Shown here piece after piece: positions 28,554-41,468 of a DNA stretch of 64,000 bases. Source of the stretch: Amoebidium appalachense (lineage: Eukaryota; Protista; Ichthyosporea); contig CAVNZM010000008.1 in assembly GCA_963693365.1 (NCBI GenBank), positions 620,001 to 684,000 on the forward strand, written 5' to 3'. Numbering within the stretch: position 1 is the first letter of the stretch; each line of letters opens with the position of its first letter. Below the pieces are notes generated by a model, which saw only the letters and a program-made list of their open reading frames with translations, was not told the origin of the DNA and did not search any database. A program made the translations under genes and the position numbers.

Positions 28554-28880
28554 GGAGGGGGTGTTCTTACGCGCACAATCACGACCATTGCCCCCATAGC
28601 CCGCCTGGCACGCACACTCGAAGCTGCCGTCTGTGTCTGTGCACTTTGCACTATGGTGGCACGGCCGGCCGATGGCACACTCATCAATGTTTGTACACGT
28701 GCGCCCGTCACCCATGAAGCCTGGCTTGCACGTGCACGTGTAGCTACCTTCGGAGTTGGTGCACGTGGCATGCACGTGGCACGACCCCGCACTAGCACAT
28801 TCGTTGATGTCTGGGGGTAAATGCCAGGCACGTAAGATACTAGGTTGGTTCCCCCCCCCCCCCCCCCCCCCCCCTCTCCC

Positions 28881-28915
<35 letters not shown>

Positions 28916-29233
28916 CTCCCCTCCCCCCCCCCTTCCCCTTTCGGCGCCCCCCTCTCCCTCCCTCCCCTACCCCCTCTCCCCAGAGATACATGCACCTACT
29001 ACCCTCCCCCAACACCCACGTATGAAACATGATCAAGCAAACATCACACACAAGCAGTTGGATACGTACCCACACATGTGGCGCCGTTGCCCTCGTATCC
29101 GCGGTTACACGTGCACGCAAAGCCACCCGGTTTGTTCTCGCACGTGGCATGCACGTGGCAGACGGAGGAGGTGCACTCGTCGTAATCTGCATGGGTACGC
29201 ATGGGTACGGGCAGAACATGCAAAAATCAACGC

Positions 29234-29264
<31 letters not shown>

Positions 29265-30110
29265 CACTTGCATCTCTGTCATTGTGTGCAGTCATTGCGT
29301 GCAGTGTAGGGGCCACTCACCAGCACACGCTTTGCCGTTGCCCACGAATCCCTTGTTGCACGTGCAGGTGAAGCTGCCGTCCGTATCCGTGCACGTGGCA
29401 TAGAGGTGGCACTGCCTGGCCGATGCACACTCGTCGATGTTGCTGCACGTGAGCCCTGTGCCGTTGTAGCCCGCGCTGCACGTGCACGTGTAGCTGCCGT
29501 TTGTGTTTGTGCACGTGGCATGCACGTGGCAGGGGCTGGGCGGGGCTGCACACTCGTTGATATCTGTGGCGGAATTAATGGTTAGATCAGGCCTTCTCAC
29601 CACCAGGCAGTTGGATAGTGTGTCTTCATTCCTGTTATATATTTACTACCATCACCGCCACCACCACCACCACTATCATTACCATTATTACTACCACTAT
29701 TAATATCATCATCATCAAGTTATTATTATTATTATGGGGAGGGCAGGGGGGGGGAGGGGGAGGCAGGTTGCACTCACCAGAGCACGTCTTACCGTCCCCC
29801 GTGAATCCAGTGTTGCACGTGCACGTGAAGCTTCCAGGCCCATCTATGCACGTGGCATTCTCATGGCACCTCCTGTATGTCTTGCACTCATCGATGTTCG
29901 TGCACGTCACACCATTCCCCCCATAGCCCTGGTTGCATGCGCACGTGTAGCTGCCATTTGCGTTTGTGCACGTGGCATCCTTGTGGCAGACGGGGGGCTG
30001 GGCTTGACACTCGTTGCGGTCTGAGGGGTAATGACGTCAGAACAGAGGGCCTGCACGTACTGCGAATCTGGACTGTGTCGTAATGCATGCGGTTAGGTAC
30101 ATGCACATCA

Positions 30111-30144
<34 letters not shown>

Positions 30145-30887
30145 GGGGGGGGGGGGGGGGGGGGGAGGGAGGGGGGTGAGAGGGGGAAGGGGGGAGGGGG
30201 TATACCAGTGCAGTTGAGGCCGGTCCCTTCATACCCCTTGTTGCACGTGCACGTGAAGCTGCCGTCCGTATCCGTGCACGTGGCATAGAGGTGGCACTGC
30301 CTGGCCGATGCACACTCGTCGATGTTGCTGCACGTGAGCCCTGTGCCGTTGTAGCCCGCGCTGCACGTGCACGTGTAGCTGCCGTTTGTGTTTGTGCACG
30401 TGGCATGCACGTGGCAGGGGCTGGGTGTGGCTGCACACTCGTTGATGTCTGCAAAAGGAAAGAAATATCAGTGATGGTTAGCTAAAGAAGACACTAGAAA
30501 GAAAACTTGAGTACCACTTGCACAGTGAAGGTATCATAAGGCAAGAAGAAATCTCTTGATCAACCCCCCCCCCCCCCCCCCCCCCCAAAGCAGAAAACTT
30601 CAGCACAGGAAACGAGACTACTCACCATCACATGAATTTGCACCCTGCTTGAACCCCCCCTTGCAGGGGCACGTGAAGCTGCCCACCGTGTCCACACACA
30701 CCGAGTTTGCATCTTTGCAGGGTTGGGACCCCCCCACACACTCATCAATATTCACACATTGCAGCCCCGTGCCGGTGTACCCTCGGTTGCAAATGCAGTT
30801 GAACCCCCCCACGTCGTTCACACACGTGGCCTGGGGGTGGCACACCACCGTCGTGTTCTGGGAGGCACACTCGTCGAGGTCTATGGG

Positions 30888-30956
<69 letters not shown>

Positions 30957-31554
30957 GGGGGGGGGGGGATGAGTGAGTAATTGGGACGTGGGGTCCACAA
31001 ACACATGACTTTACAGTGAAGATCAGGCAACACACAGGGCTGTAGGGGTTGCAAATAGTCTGTGGCACGTACCCTGGCAGGCCAGACCATTCCCCATAAA
31101 GCCCATGTTGCACACACACTGGAAGCTTCCATCAGTGTCCAAACACGTGCCGTACACGTGGCAGTTGTGTGTCGCCGATGCACACTCGTTGATGTTGGAA
31201 CACTGTGCTCCGGTGCCTGTGTACCCGGCATTGCACGTGCAGCGGTAGCTGCCGTCGCTGTTGGTGCACGTGGCATCCGAGTGGCACAGGTAGTGGTTGT
31301 TGCCGCTGCACTCGTCCCGGTCTGTGTGTGTGTGTGTGTGTGTGAAGATAAATGTGGGAGCTAGAAAATCACACAGCAAACATGGCAAATATACTACAAT
31401 CATCATCTGCCGAGTGCATTTTCAACGTGGCCTCGGGCTACAGGCGCAAAGAGTTTTTCTGCGTGGTGTTCATTTCCTTTCTTTTATTCTTTCTCTCTTC
31501 CTTACTTTCTTCTTCTTCCCTTTTTCCTTTTTTTTTATTTTATTTTTTTTTTCT

Positions 31555-31591
<37 letters not shown>

Positions 31592-32038
31592 AGGGGGAGG
31601 AAACAGGCTACTCACCCACACACGTTGTCTTGCCATCACCGTCGTACCCAGATAGGCACGTGCACGTGTAGCTGCCCTCCGTGTCTCTGCACTCTGCCTT
31701 CTGGTGGCATGGTCGTGCACTGCACTCGTCCACATTTGCACACTGCAGCCCCGACCCTGCATAGCCCTTGTTGCACGTGCAGGTGGCATCGTGGCTGCCG
31801 TTGTCTGTGCACGTGGCATGCACGTGGCACTGCACGGCATTGGGCCCACTGCACCGCGCCATCACTGCAACATGGTATATGTGAGTGCCTGGATCCAAGT
31901 TTTTTAAATCCACTTGCTGTATGAGTTGTTTTTTTCGTTGGCTTTCAACTAGATGAATGTTCTGGTTGGGAAGAGACTATGGGTGGTGGTGGTTGTGTAG
32001 ACGTGTGTGCTTGTTTGTGAAACTGTGTTTACTCTCGG

Positions 32039-32077
<39 letters not shown>

Positions 32078-32829
32078 AAGCAAGGAGGAGGAGGAGGGGG
32101 GAGAGGGGTAAGTGTACCTGTGCACTTGCCGGCTGTCAAGGTGTAAGGCGGAACACATGCGGTACAAATTGATATGCCATCAGCCCCACACGTATAGTTG
32201 GTGCAGAGGGGGTCCAGGAATACACCTGTAGGGTAGGGTTAAAAAGTGTTACAAAAAGAAAAATGCACGAAGCACATGTAGAGGTACTAAAGCCTAAAAA
32301 AGGTGTTGGCAAACGCGAACAACAAGCACACCTCAGGAGACAAAGTATGCGCACCACACGCACACATTTCCGCAAAAGATTGGCAGCAAATGACCCATAG
32401 AACAGACAAAACATTTGATTAAAGGGCAAGAGAGGGGAAATGTTTCCTACCAGCATAGGGGGTGCCAGTGAGGGTTGCTGTGCCCTCCAGGGCGAGATAT
32501 GCCACACTGCTGGGGGCAACCTGTGCACGCTCAGAATCCCGGCACGTGTCACGGTCCCCCGTTACGTCCACCCCATTGGTTGCCCAGTTGCCTAGCAACC
32601 GCACCGTCTGCCAATCGTTTGCTTCGGGATGTGCGCCGTAGCCACCAATCATCGAAGCCGATGAGTAGCGCTGGCGGAATGTGATTCGTGGCTTGGAAGT
32701 GGTTGGCGTGAACTTGACTTCTTGTGCTTCAAACCTGAATTGGGGGGGGGGGGGGGGGGGGGAGATGATTGGGGTGAGTTCCATGGTATAAGATACAACT
32801 GGGTTTTTTTTTGTTTTTTTTCTTTTTTG

Positions 32830-32860
<31 letters not shown>

Positions 32861-34621
32861 TGAATGCGGAACACGGTACAAAGTACGCATACACGACGAG
32901 AAGCATGGTGCAGGACACATGCAAAGGCAAACATTCAAGTATGCAACATCAGCCATGTGCACAGTATGCGTCATAAGCAGAGCCCATCCTCAGGGAGGAC
33001 CCAAGTCATCAATTGCGTCTGAGTTTCGACCCCTTAGCCCGCGTATATACGACACTCCAACGGGGGGGGGGGGGGGGGGGGGGGGGGGGGCTGTTGGGCA
33101 TGTGTGGTGAATCAGTAAGAGGCACTAGAGGCGTGGTGGTTTGGTGTATCGTGGCACCTAATAACTTGGAATCATTTGTAGAGCCACTCGGGGGAGAGGG
33201 GGGGGGGGGGGGGGTACAACTGCCACCCTGGTGTTTGCATGTGCACGTGCCAGTGTGTGTGTGTCTGTCTGTGTGCACGTGCCAGTGTGTGTGTGTGTGT
33301 GTCTGTGTGCACGTGCCAGTGTGTGTGTGTGTCTGTCTGTGTGCACGTGCCAGTGTGTGTGTGTCTGTCTGTGTGCACGTGCCAGTGTGTGTGTGTGTGT
33401 GTCTCTGTCTGTGTGCACGTGCCAGTGTGTGTGTGTGTGTGTGTCTGTGTGCACGTGCCAGTGTGTGTGTGTGTCTGTGTGCACGTGCACGACATACCTG
33501 ACAGCACCCCATAGGCCCACACCAGGCGTCACCGCCACAAACCCGACATCCTCAGGGTACTGGGGGGTGACTTCGTATGTGGACACTAGGCCCACGGCCA
33601 GGGTGCTTGCTGTCAGTTGGCGGTGGTTTGAGCGCACATAGCGGCCCAGTCTTAGTCTGTGGTTGTAGTTGTACGACGTCTGGATGCTGCTGAGTGCTAC
33701 TGGCGCCTGCTGGAAGATTCCGCATGGAAACGTGACCGTGGCAAGGTTGGGGTAGCTCACGTTGGGGGCTACACCGGCAAGAAGGAGCTGCAGGGGGTGG
33801 GTGGGTTAGGGTCAAGTGGTGATAAAACATGTGTAATGTGTTTATGGGACGTGGGGAATGCACTGATCCACGGGCCTGCAAGCATGCACTCACTGTGACA
33901 ATCAAAAAGAAGGAAATGCAAGCAAATGGAAGGTCGAGAAGACGGGCACATGACTGCAACAATTAATCGAAACACATACCTGTGGCTGGCCGGTGCTTGT
34001 CTGGCCAATCAAAAAGAGGCCTCGCCTGACAGCCAGCCAATGGGCTGTCTCCTTTACGTCCCCATTGATGCGGCAGAAGGGGGTCTCTGCCCGCACGTCA
34101 AAGCACCAATTGCTGCCTTGGCACCCCGCAGCAGTACCGTACCTCACCGAATAGACGTGGCCCACCGCAGCATTGATGCCATTTTTAGACAGTGCGCCTA
34201 TAATTAGCACTGGGCCAGCCGTGCCATAGTCGATTTTGGGATCCAGGTTGACGGTTTGGGGTTTGTTTCCGAGACCATCCACCCGGCCCACTTGGCCGAT
34301 GGCCGTGGGTTCAGATGTTGCACGCACCTCTGTGGAAATGGCTGTTTTTTTTTTTTTTTTTTTTTTTTTTTTGGGGGGGGGGGGGGGGGGGGAGGTTGCT
34401 TCAGCCAATCTGCCCAGCATGGTACGGACCTTTTCCCGGGCATCATTATCACATCCATTTTTTATCTCGTGCTGTTTGTTTTCAAGGTCTTTTATCTAGA
34501 GTCCCTCTCCCTCTCTCCTTGGCTTCATTCACAGTCTTCTTTTTTCTGCATTTTCCTCTAGCCCATAAAGGTTTGCTGCCTTCTTATTTCATTTTTCTCA
34601 TTTCTGGTTGTGGTGGTGGCG

Positions 34622-34670
<49 letters not shown>

Positions 34671-34778
34671 GACGTGTGCGCATGGGCGTTTGGAGGGGTG
34701 CGTATGTGTACCTGCCATGGCCTGTAGGGTGGCGAGGAGGGCAAACCAAACCGCCAAAGCAATTGACGACCATCTCAT
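26624..34778 (-). CDS. Large secreted multidomain protein: signal peptide, 3 H-type-lectin-like repeats, Cys-rich repeat, 19 EGF/cbEGF modules, C-terminal CBM4_9/DUF642-like galactose-binding-fold domain
   Basis: Signal exon 34778-34712 ([22 protein letters not shown]). Repeats end [22 protein letters not shown] and [10 protein letters not shown]. Ten EGF-bearing exons between ~31864 and ~27288 carry D[IVL][DN]EC...C.[DN]..GS[YF].C.C..G[YF].G.G..C. These are followed by LQNGDFE...GRQFIEL...WQDVRTVPG...YTVPEGQT...GNLVDNI. The 3' end may extend by splicing to ~24416. Confidence 0.88.
32859..33061 (-). mobile_element. Dispersed intronic repeat, copy in the EGF gene
   Basis: TGAATGCGGAACACGGTAC.AAGTA.GCAT...AGAAGCATGGTGCA.GACACATG is shared with 57157-57232. 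AAGTCATCAA...GAGTTTCGACC is shared with 60962-60990. Confidence 0.65.
33240..33490. repeat. Intronic compound minisatellite
   Basis: About 8 units of GTGCACGTGCCA(GT)nCTGT directly adjacent to a donor site. Confidence 0.85.
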
Positions 34779-36975
34779 TGGCCGGCGGCCAGTGCGCCAT
34801 AGCCTTTTTTGGCAGTAGTTATTATTTGCCATTCTCAGCACTGCAGTCCCATATTTTCTGTGCACGTTTTTCGGTGTTAGTGTGATACCATTCGAAAAAA
34901 ATACTGCACATGTGCACAATTTCTATCAATAAAGCCGCACATGTGCTTTGGATCTGCCAGAGTGCACCCAGTGAGTGGGCATGCACATCCGGACTGCCAT
35001 AGCATGACACATGTAGGTGTTAATGTCCTACATGCCAACAATAGGTGCACAGACATAACCCCCACGTGTGCACAATTCAACAGTGTGTACATACATATCG
35101 CTCTTCTGCCATACAGTGTGTAGGGCATGCCACGTGTACTTCACTACATATAAAAGGACGATCAGTGCAGTGACTGTCCAGGTATGTGCTACTGTGTGTG
35201 CACATATCAAAGTTTTATTTACACGTGCTCTGACACCAGTGGAAAGAAAAACTAGAAAGTCGTGTCATGATTCAATAGTAGCCTGAAAATCGCGGTCGCT
35301 TGATAACTCCGGCTCGCCACCCCAAAATTAAAAGATCCAGTTAAAAATGAGAAGAAAATTAAGGCAACCAAAAAAAACAAAAAAACAAAAAAACAAAAAA
35401 ACATTAACACCTTGGATTTTTTTTTTTTTTTTTTTTTTGAAATTTTGCTGCGGTTCAAAAATAACCAGCACAGTCCCAGCTGAACCGAACCATCTCCCCA
35501 AAATAAAAATAATAAAAAGCGGTGGATAAGCCTTGAACCAAACACAAACGGAATCGAGAAAAGCAGCCAGAAAACAGTGATAAATAAAACACAAATAACA
35601 GCAGAGCGATATGCTCGCGTGCGTTGTGTTTGACAAAGTGTGCATGCACCAGAAAATTGTGTAAGATGTGTATAAGAATGTAAAATCTTCAGCGTGCACG
35701 TGCATACATGGTGCATGTGGCCTGTGACTGGGTGTTTGTGTGTGTGTGTGTGTGTGTGTGTGCGTGCCCGCGCCCATTGTGTGTGCGTGTGTGCCCATCT
35801 GACCCAGAAGCACAGATACACGCACAGACACGCGCAATCAGATGATAGCCCACACATGTGTGTTCGCCACTTGTCTGCATCTGTGTGCATCTGCAAATGC
35901 ATGTGCTTGGAGGTCTGCTACTTACACCAAAACTACCCATCTGTGCAGGGCGAGTCTTTACAATGTCCAAGTCTGCATCACGTTTTTGTCCGCAGGATTT
36001 TGGTATGACACTCGTGTACAGAAAGTTTCATACATTGACTCTTATCTATTGTAATTGGCTATCTGTCAAACAATTTACAAGCTTTGATTATCCAACCGCA
36101 ATGCACTCGTCCAGAAAACTTCGTCTGATCGCACGTTCCATGATCGTTGTACATCTTACAATTGTTATAAGAATTGCCGAACAACCTCTGGGAGCTTCAC
36201 AGTAGCTTGCGGTGCATTTCATGGAGTTCTATCATACACTGACTCGCTTAACGATGTTTTCACTACCGTAATTTCCATGCCCGACTTGCCAGGTTGGAGT
36301 GACATCGTCAAACCTAGACCAACAATCAAGCAAGATGAGAGAAAAAGAAAAAAAGCAAGTAACATGATGCAACGCAAGAGGCTTTTCTTTTCACCCGGTT
36401 CATGCTCACCTTATATGTAGGCAATAGCTGACTGGTGCACCTGTCACAGAGATTGCCCCCCTGGCGGTGGCGGGAACACACGTATACCGTGTGCTGTTTG
36501 TGTCTATCTTGGTAGTATGCAGGCCTATGCTTTTGTTCTTGCCGCTAAGAGTGTCTAAGTGGCTATATAGAAAGCTGGATTTGACGGGCATGTACTGTGT
36601 GTACCTATACAGGTATTTTTATTTAGCTAAGGCTGCTAAGGGGCGTGTTTGGAACCAAAACACAGGCCGGAGTTGTCAGCCCTGCTGTCAGACGGTGTGT
36701 GAATTCTCGTTGGAGCACTTGAGCAATAGGTCCTGTTGTTTTTTCCGTATGCCATAGATACTCAGCTTTACACACCATATATTCATCCACATGCACGGAG
36801 CACACTATATTGGACTATCAATGATTTTTAGATGCTATTTCAAAACCCAGGGCCCCGTGACAAACATGAGGGGAATTGCCTGACGCCAGTGAGTGTACTG
36901 AACTCCCCTGGCAGGCCGATGTGCCGTCAGAAAAATGGTGCTTCAACGCCAATTGGTGAGGCCACCAATCCGGTG

Positions 36976-37141
36976 CTGGCAGCTTGTGCTTGCTGGAATG
37001 CGCAAGGGAACTTCGTGATCCCGGAAGTTCGGAACTGGCTTGTGCTTCCTGGAATGCGCAAGAGAACTTCGTGATCCTGGAACTACTACTGGAACTGGCA
37101 GCTTGTGCTTGCTGGAATGCGCAAGAGAACTTCGTGATCCC
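36976..37141. repeat. Intergenic tandem repeat, ~60-bp unit, 3 copies
   Basis: GCTTGTGCTT[G/C]CTGGAATGCGCAAG[G/A]GAACTTCGTGATCC occurs three times with short, related linkers. Confidence 0.85.
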
Positions 37142-37686
37142 TACTACATGTCTTACCTTGTTAGGCGTTAGAATTTTGTTGAATATAAAGCAAAAGTGGG
37201 ATTGAAAAGAAGCAAAGAGGCAGAATGTGCAAAACTTAAACTGAAAATCATATCATATCTCACCAGAAGAAGAATTGAAGTTAAAGTTTCAAATAATAAA
37301 AATCATCATTCATGCGTTCCAGTACTGATCGACAAGGCTCTCCGCCGAGTTCCGGGGCAATTGTCGGCTAAAATAATAAATGACAAAAAGCCAATGATCG
37401 AATACAACAAGATTTGGGAACGGCCATTACGAGACGCACTCCAAATATTAGGTGCTTTTTTAATTTTTACATGATTTATTACAAAAATGAATCCTTGTAC
37501 ACAAAAATATGATGAGAATCTTGCGCTACTTTCTGGGCTCTGAAGACATAGAGCCCTACAGACTGAAGCTATTTATTAGTGTTACCCAATTTATCTGTTT
37601 CTACCAATCGGATTGCGTGAGGTCAAAACGATCGATTTGACCAATCACAATGAGCAATGGCACTCAGTTGAAGCCAATCCAAAACT

Positions 37687-38051
37687 GAGCCGCTTCGCGT
37701 TAATCTAAATATCTAAATATCTAGATTGTTAAATTTACGTATAAATTTTCCGCAATCCGATCGATCTATTAAATTTGTAAAGTTTACTTAAATTTAGATC
37801 GATTTCGACCTTCTTCCAGATGAGCGCATCTGGAAGAGGGGGGGCCGGGGGGGGATGTCTAGGATGAGACGATTGGTCCGTGGAACTCGCCTAAATATCT
37901 CTTATCCAATAGAATAACGATCTACGATCTCGATAATTCAGTTTCTAAACTGCTCTACGCGAATCGAGCAGACTTTTAGATATTTAGAGAACGGCATTGG
38001 TTCTCTAAATTCGCTGAGTATTTAGATATTTAGATCAACGCGAAGCGGCTC
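37687..38051. mobile_element. MITE (non-autonomous DNA transposon), ~365 bp
   Basis: About 33-bp terminal inverted repeats (GAGCCGCTTCGCGTT[A/G]ATCTAAATATCTAAATA, one mismatch), flanked on both sides by ACT (candidate 3-bp TSD). It has internal TCTAAAT/ATTTAGA motif copies and no ORF. Confidence 0.8.
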
Positions 38052-38755
38052 ACTGATGTCAATGCCGCAACCAGGGTTTGAAATGTGTGTTTTGGGTATG
38101 TAGGTAGCTTTCCCCCAGGGTGTATGACCTTAATAGAGACACCAATCAGTATTTTTTGGTAGCTTGAGACCCTTTAGGCGTAAATGGTTGGAAATGCTAA
38201 TACAGTACATATGTTGGTGGTGTAGTTGGTGCGTTATGGTCCATGGAGACCAAATTTCAGAAAGCTAGGGACCCCCCAGATCACTGGCGCGTCCCCCGCG
38301 ATCACGGTCATTCTTGGAGACCGCCACTTCGGAAGGGTGGGCGTCCTCCGCATTCTTGCCTCTTGGTCTATTTCCTCGCGCCTGAGTGGCCTTAATTTTT
38401 TTTTATTTTTTTATGCCCTTGCTAACATTTAAAGGTTTTTGTTCTAAATATAGTGCTTTGCCTACAAGTTTGTTCGAGTGAAGTCACACGGTTGGCACTG
38501 CGGCATCCGTGACTCGATCATGTCACTCACGGTAGTCTTCCGATGGCCCCTCGCGGCATGGAACAATGACGTCACCACAAGTCTACCAGTCTACAAAATT
38601 ATTCGGCGTCCAGACTCGCCACGGATCACACTGAAGTTGCGAAGATCGATGCGCGCACACAACCACACAGGCCCACGTGTGTGTCGAACATCAGCTGGAG
38701 GGGATAGTAGCCGTTTATAGTATTTTCCATATATAGTAGTATAGTAGCTGTGAGA

Positions 38756-38842
38756 ATGGCGGAGGAGGAGGCAAGGGTGCCGCACGAGGAGGAAGAGAGT
38801 GACGAGGAGCCCACGGCAGAGGGGGCAGTGGCTGCAGACGGC

Positions 38843-38873
<31 letters not shown>

Positions 38874-39628
38874 GCGTGTGTCTGTGTGCGTGTGCGTGCG
38901 TGCGTATTTGTGCCCCGGGGTGGTTAGGAAAGGGAAAGAGTTGGGGGAGGAGGGGGGGAGGGGGGGGGGTATGTGGAGCTTGGGTGTTTCCTGGTGTGTT
39001 CGTGACTTGGTTATAACAAGAGGTCGGGAAGAGAGGTGGTAAGGGAAAGACGAGAGAGAGCGAAGGGGGGGAGGGGGGGGAGAGAGAGAGGGGGGGGGGG
39101 GGGGGGGGGGGAGAAGGGGAGGAGGGAAAGGTGAATGTAGTGGAGAGGAAAATATGAAGCAGTCATTTTCTTTATGGTCGACGAGAGGGAAGAGGAAGGG
39201 AGAGAAGGAGGGGGGGGAGGGGGGGGGGGTATGAGGGAGGGAGGGAGGACGTGGGGTTGGAGAAGGAGACGAGAGAGCGAGACAAAAGGCAGAGTTGAGT
39301 ACGGCAAGAGATTTGGGAGGCTCACCCTAAGGGTTTGCATTAGCCCTGGCGATACAGTGGTCTGGGCTATGCACATTCCGAGTAGCTGATGCTCACACCT
39401 TCCTCTTCCTTTGCAGCACGTGCACCTGTGCCCCTCCCCCCCCCCCCCCCCCCCCCCTTCCCCGCCCTCTCTCTGTCACTGCCTCTCCTCTTTTTGAGTG
39501 GCTGCATGTCTGTCTGGATTCATCCCCCCCTCTCCCCCCCCCCCCCCCCCCCCCCCCCCAAACCCACCCACACCCACATACACACTACTTCTTGGAGGAC
39601 CTCACACACTTGTCGTCTTTTAGCACTT

Positions 39629-39659
<31 letters not shown>

Positions 39660-39660
39660 C

Positions 39661-39695
<35 letters not shown>

Positions 39696-40526
39696 TTCCC
39701 CCCACCCCCCCACCCACCACCACCACCGCCACCGCCACCATCACAACACACACACACCCTTCTGACCCCAGGTGCACCACATGCACAACCTGCCGGGCCT
39801 ACATTTCCTCCAAATATCTCGGAGCACCCCGAGCATTCTCTTTTCCTCTCCTCCCCTTACTTGTTTCAATAAGAGTGCGCTTACCACCAACTGTAACTCT
39901 CCCCCCCCCCGCTCCGCCTGCCCCTTCCACAACCTTCACCTTTCTCCTAACCCTGTCACCCCCCTCCCCCCCCCCCCCCCCCCCCCGCCTCCTCCCTCCT
40001 GCCCTCCCCCCTTCCCCCCTTCCCCCCCTTCTCGACCACCGGCCCTTCAACAACCGCCTCCCCCCCCCTCCCCCCCCCCCCCTCCCCTCCCCCCTCTCTG
40101 TCTAGGCCTGCAGGAAGCAAGGATGGTGAAGGTAGTAGTGCGGTGGTGCCCGGGACCAGCACTGCACTGAGTGCCGTGGAGGAGGCAGCTAAGAAACAAG
40201 CAGAGACACTGCGTGCGCTTGAGCTGTACAAGATGTTCTTCAAGCAGGACCAGCAGCCAAACAAGCCCCAGCCGGCACACTCAAAGGAGGAGGCACTGCA
40301 GAGGGACTACAAGTTCTGGGTCACACAGCCCGTGCCCCAGCTAGGTAAAGAAGGAGGGGTCGGGGGGGGGGTGGGGTGGGGGGGGGGGGTGGAGGGGAGT
40401 GAGGTTGGAAGGGTAGGGAAAGGGAACACCGGGAGGGTAAGGTGCGTAGGGGGGTGCAAGGGGGGAGGGTTGGAGGAAGGGAAAGGGAACAGACCTACAG
40501 GGGGTGGGGGGAGGGAGGGGAAAGGG

Positions 40527-40580
<54 letters not shown>

Positions 40581-41016
40581 GGAGCAGGGGTATGGATGTG
40601 ATAGAGCAGGGGTGTGTGGGAATAAAGGCTGCACAAAACAACAGGCGGAGGGGTGGGTGTGGGATAGGCAGGAAGGAGGAATAACGTGTTTGGTTCTAAG
40701 GTCCTGGAAAGGAAGCGGGCCGTGAGAGTGGTAGGGGAGGGGTGCCAGTATGGGTACAGGGGGAGATATAACGGGGACTCGAGAGGGGGATATTTCAGGC
40801 AGGGGGTGGGGGAGGAGAGGAGTAGAAAGAGGGGAAGGTGGAGGGGGAGACGGAGGGGGGGGGTAGGGGGGGGGGGGGGGGGTATGTGTCTGTCAGTGTG
40901 ACGCTAGTACGAGTGTGTGTACGCGAGTGTGCCCCGAGGGAGGGGGGAGGGTCCATGGTGCTGGAAATATTAGTGTGGCAAGAAGGAAGAGGGGAAACTC
41001 AGCTTGTTGACCGTCT

Positions 41017-41054
<38 letters not shown>

Positions 41055-41058
41055 CCCT

Positions 41059-41089
<31 letters not shown>

Positions 41090-41406
41090 GGGAGGGGGGA
41101 GGGGGGGGGGGCGGAGGGGGGCGGCGGCGGTGAGGGATAGAGAGAGGTAGTTACATTTCGGCAGGGGAAGGGGGGGGAGGGGGGGGAAGGGTGCAGGGAG
41201 AGCGACACTCATCTGCATTTTGTTGTGTTATCAGGGCAAGATGTGCCGCAGCTGGGCCCAATTGAGCCCTCACGGCCTAGAGAGGAGGTGCAGCAGGACC
41301 CATACCCCCTGCCTGCCGGATATGCTTGGTGCCCACTGGACCTGGACAAGAGCGAGAAGGATGTACGTGTGGCTGTGCGTGTGTGGGTGTGTGTACGCGC
41401 GCGCGC

Positions 41407-41468
<62 letters not shown>

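Noticed and set aside
27500-31850. Very high density of CACGTG E-boxes
   Set aside because: Explained by Thr-Cys and His-Val codons in EGF repeats and by CA/GT repeat junctions elsewhere. There is no evidence of a regulatory role.
36976-37141. CRISPR-like appearance of three ~42-bp repeats
   Set aside because: The linkers are short and related to each other, the context is eukaryotic, and there are no cas genes.
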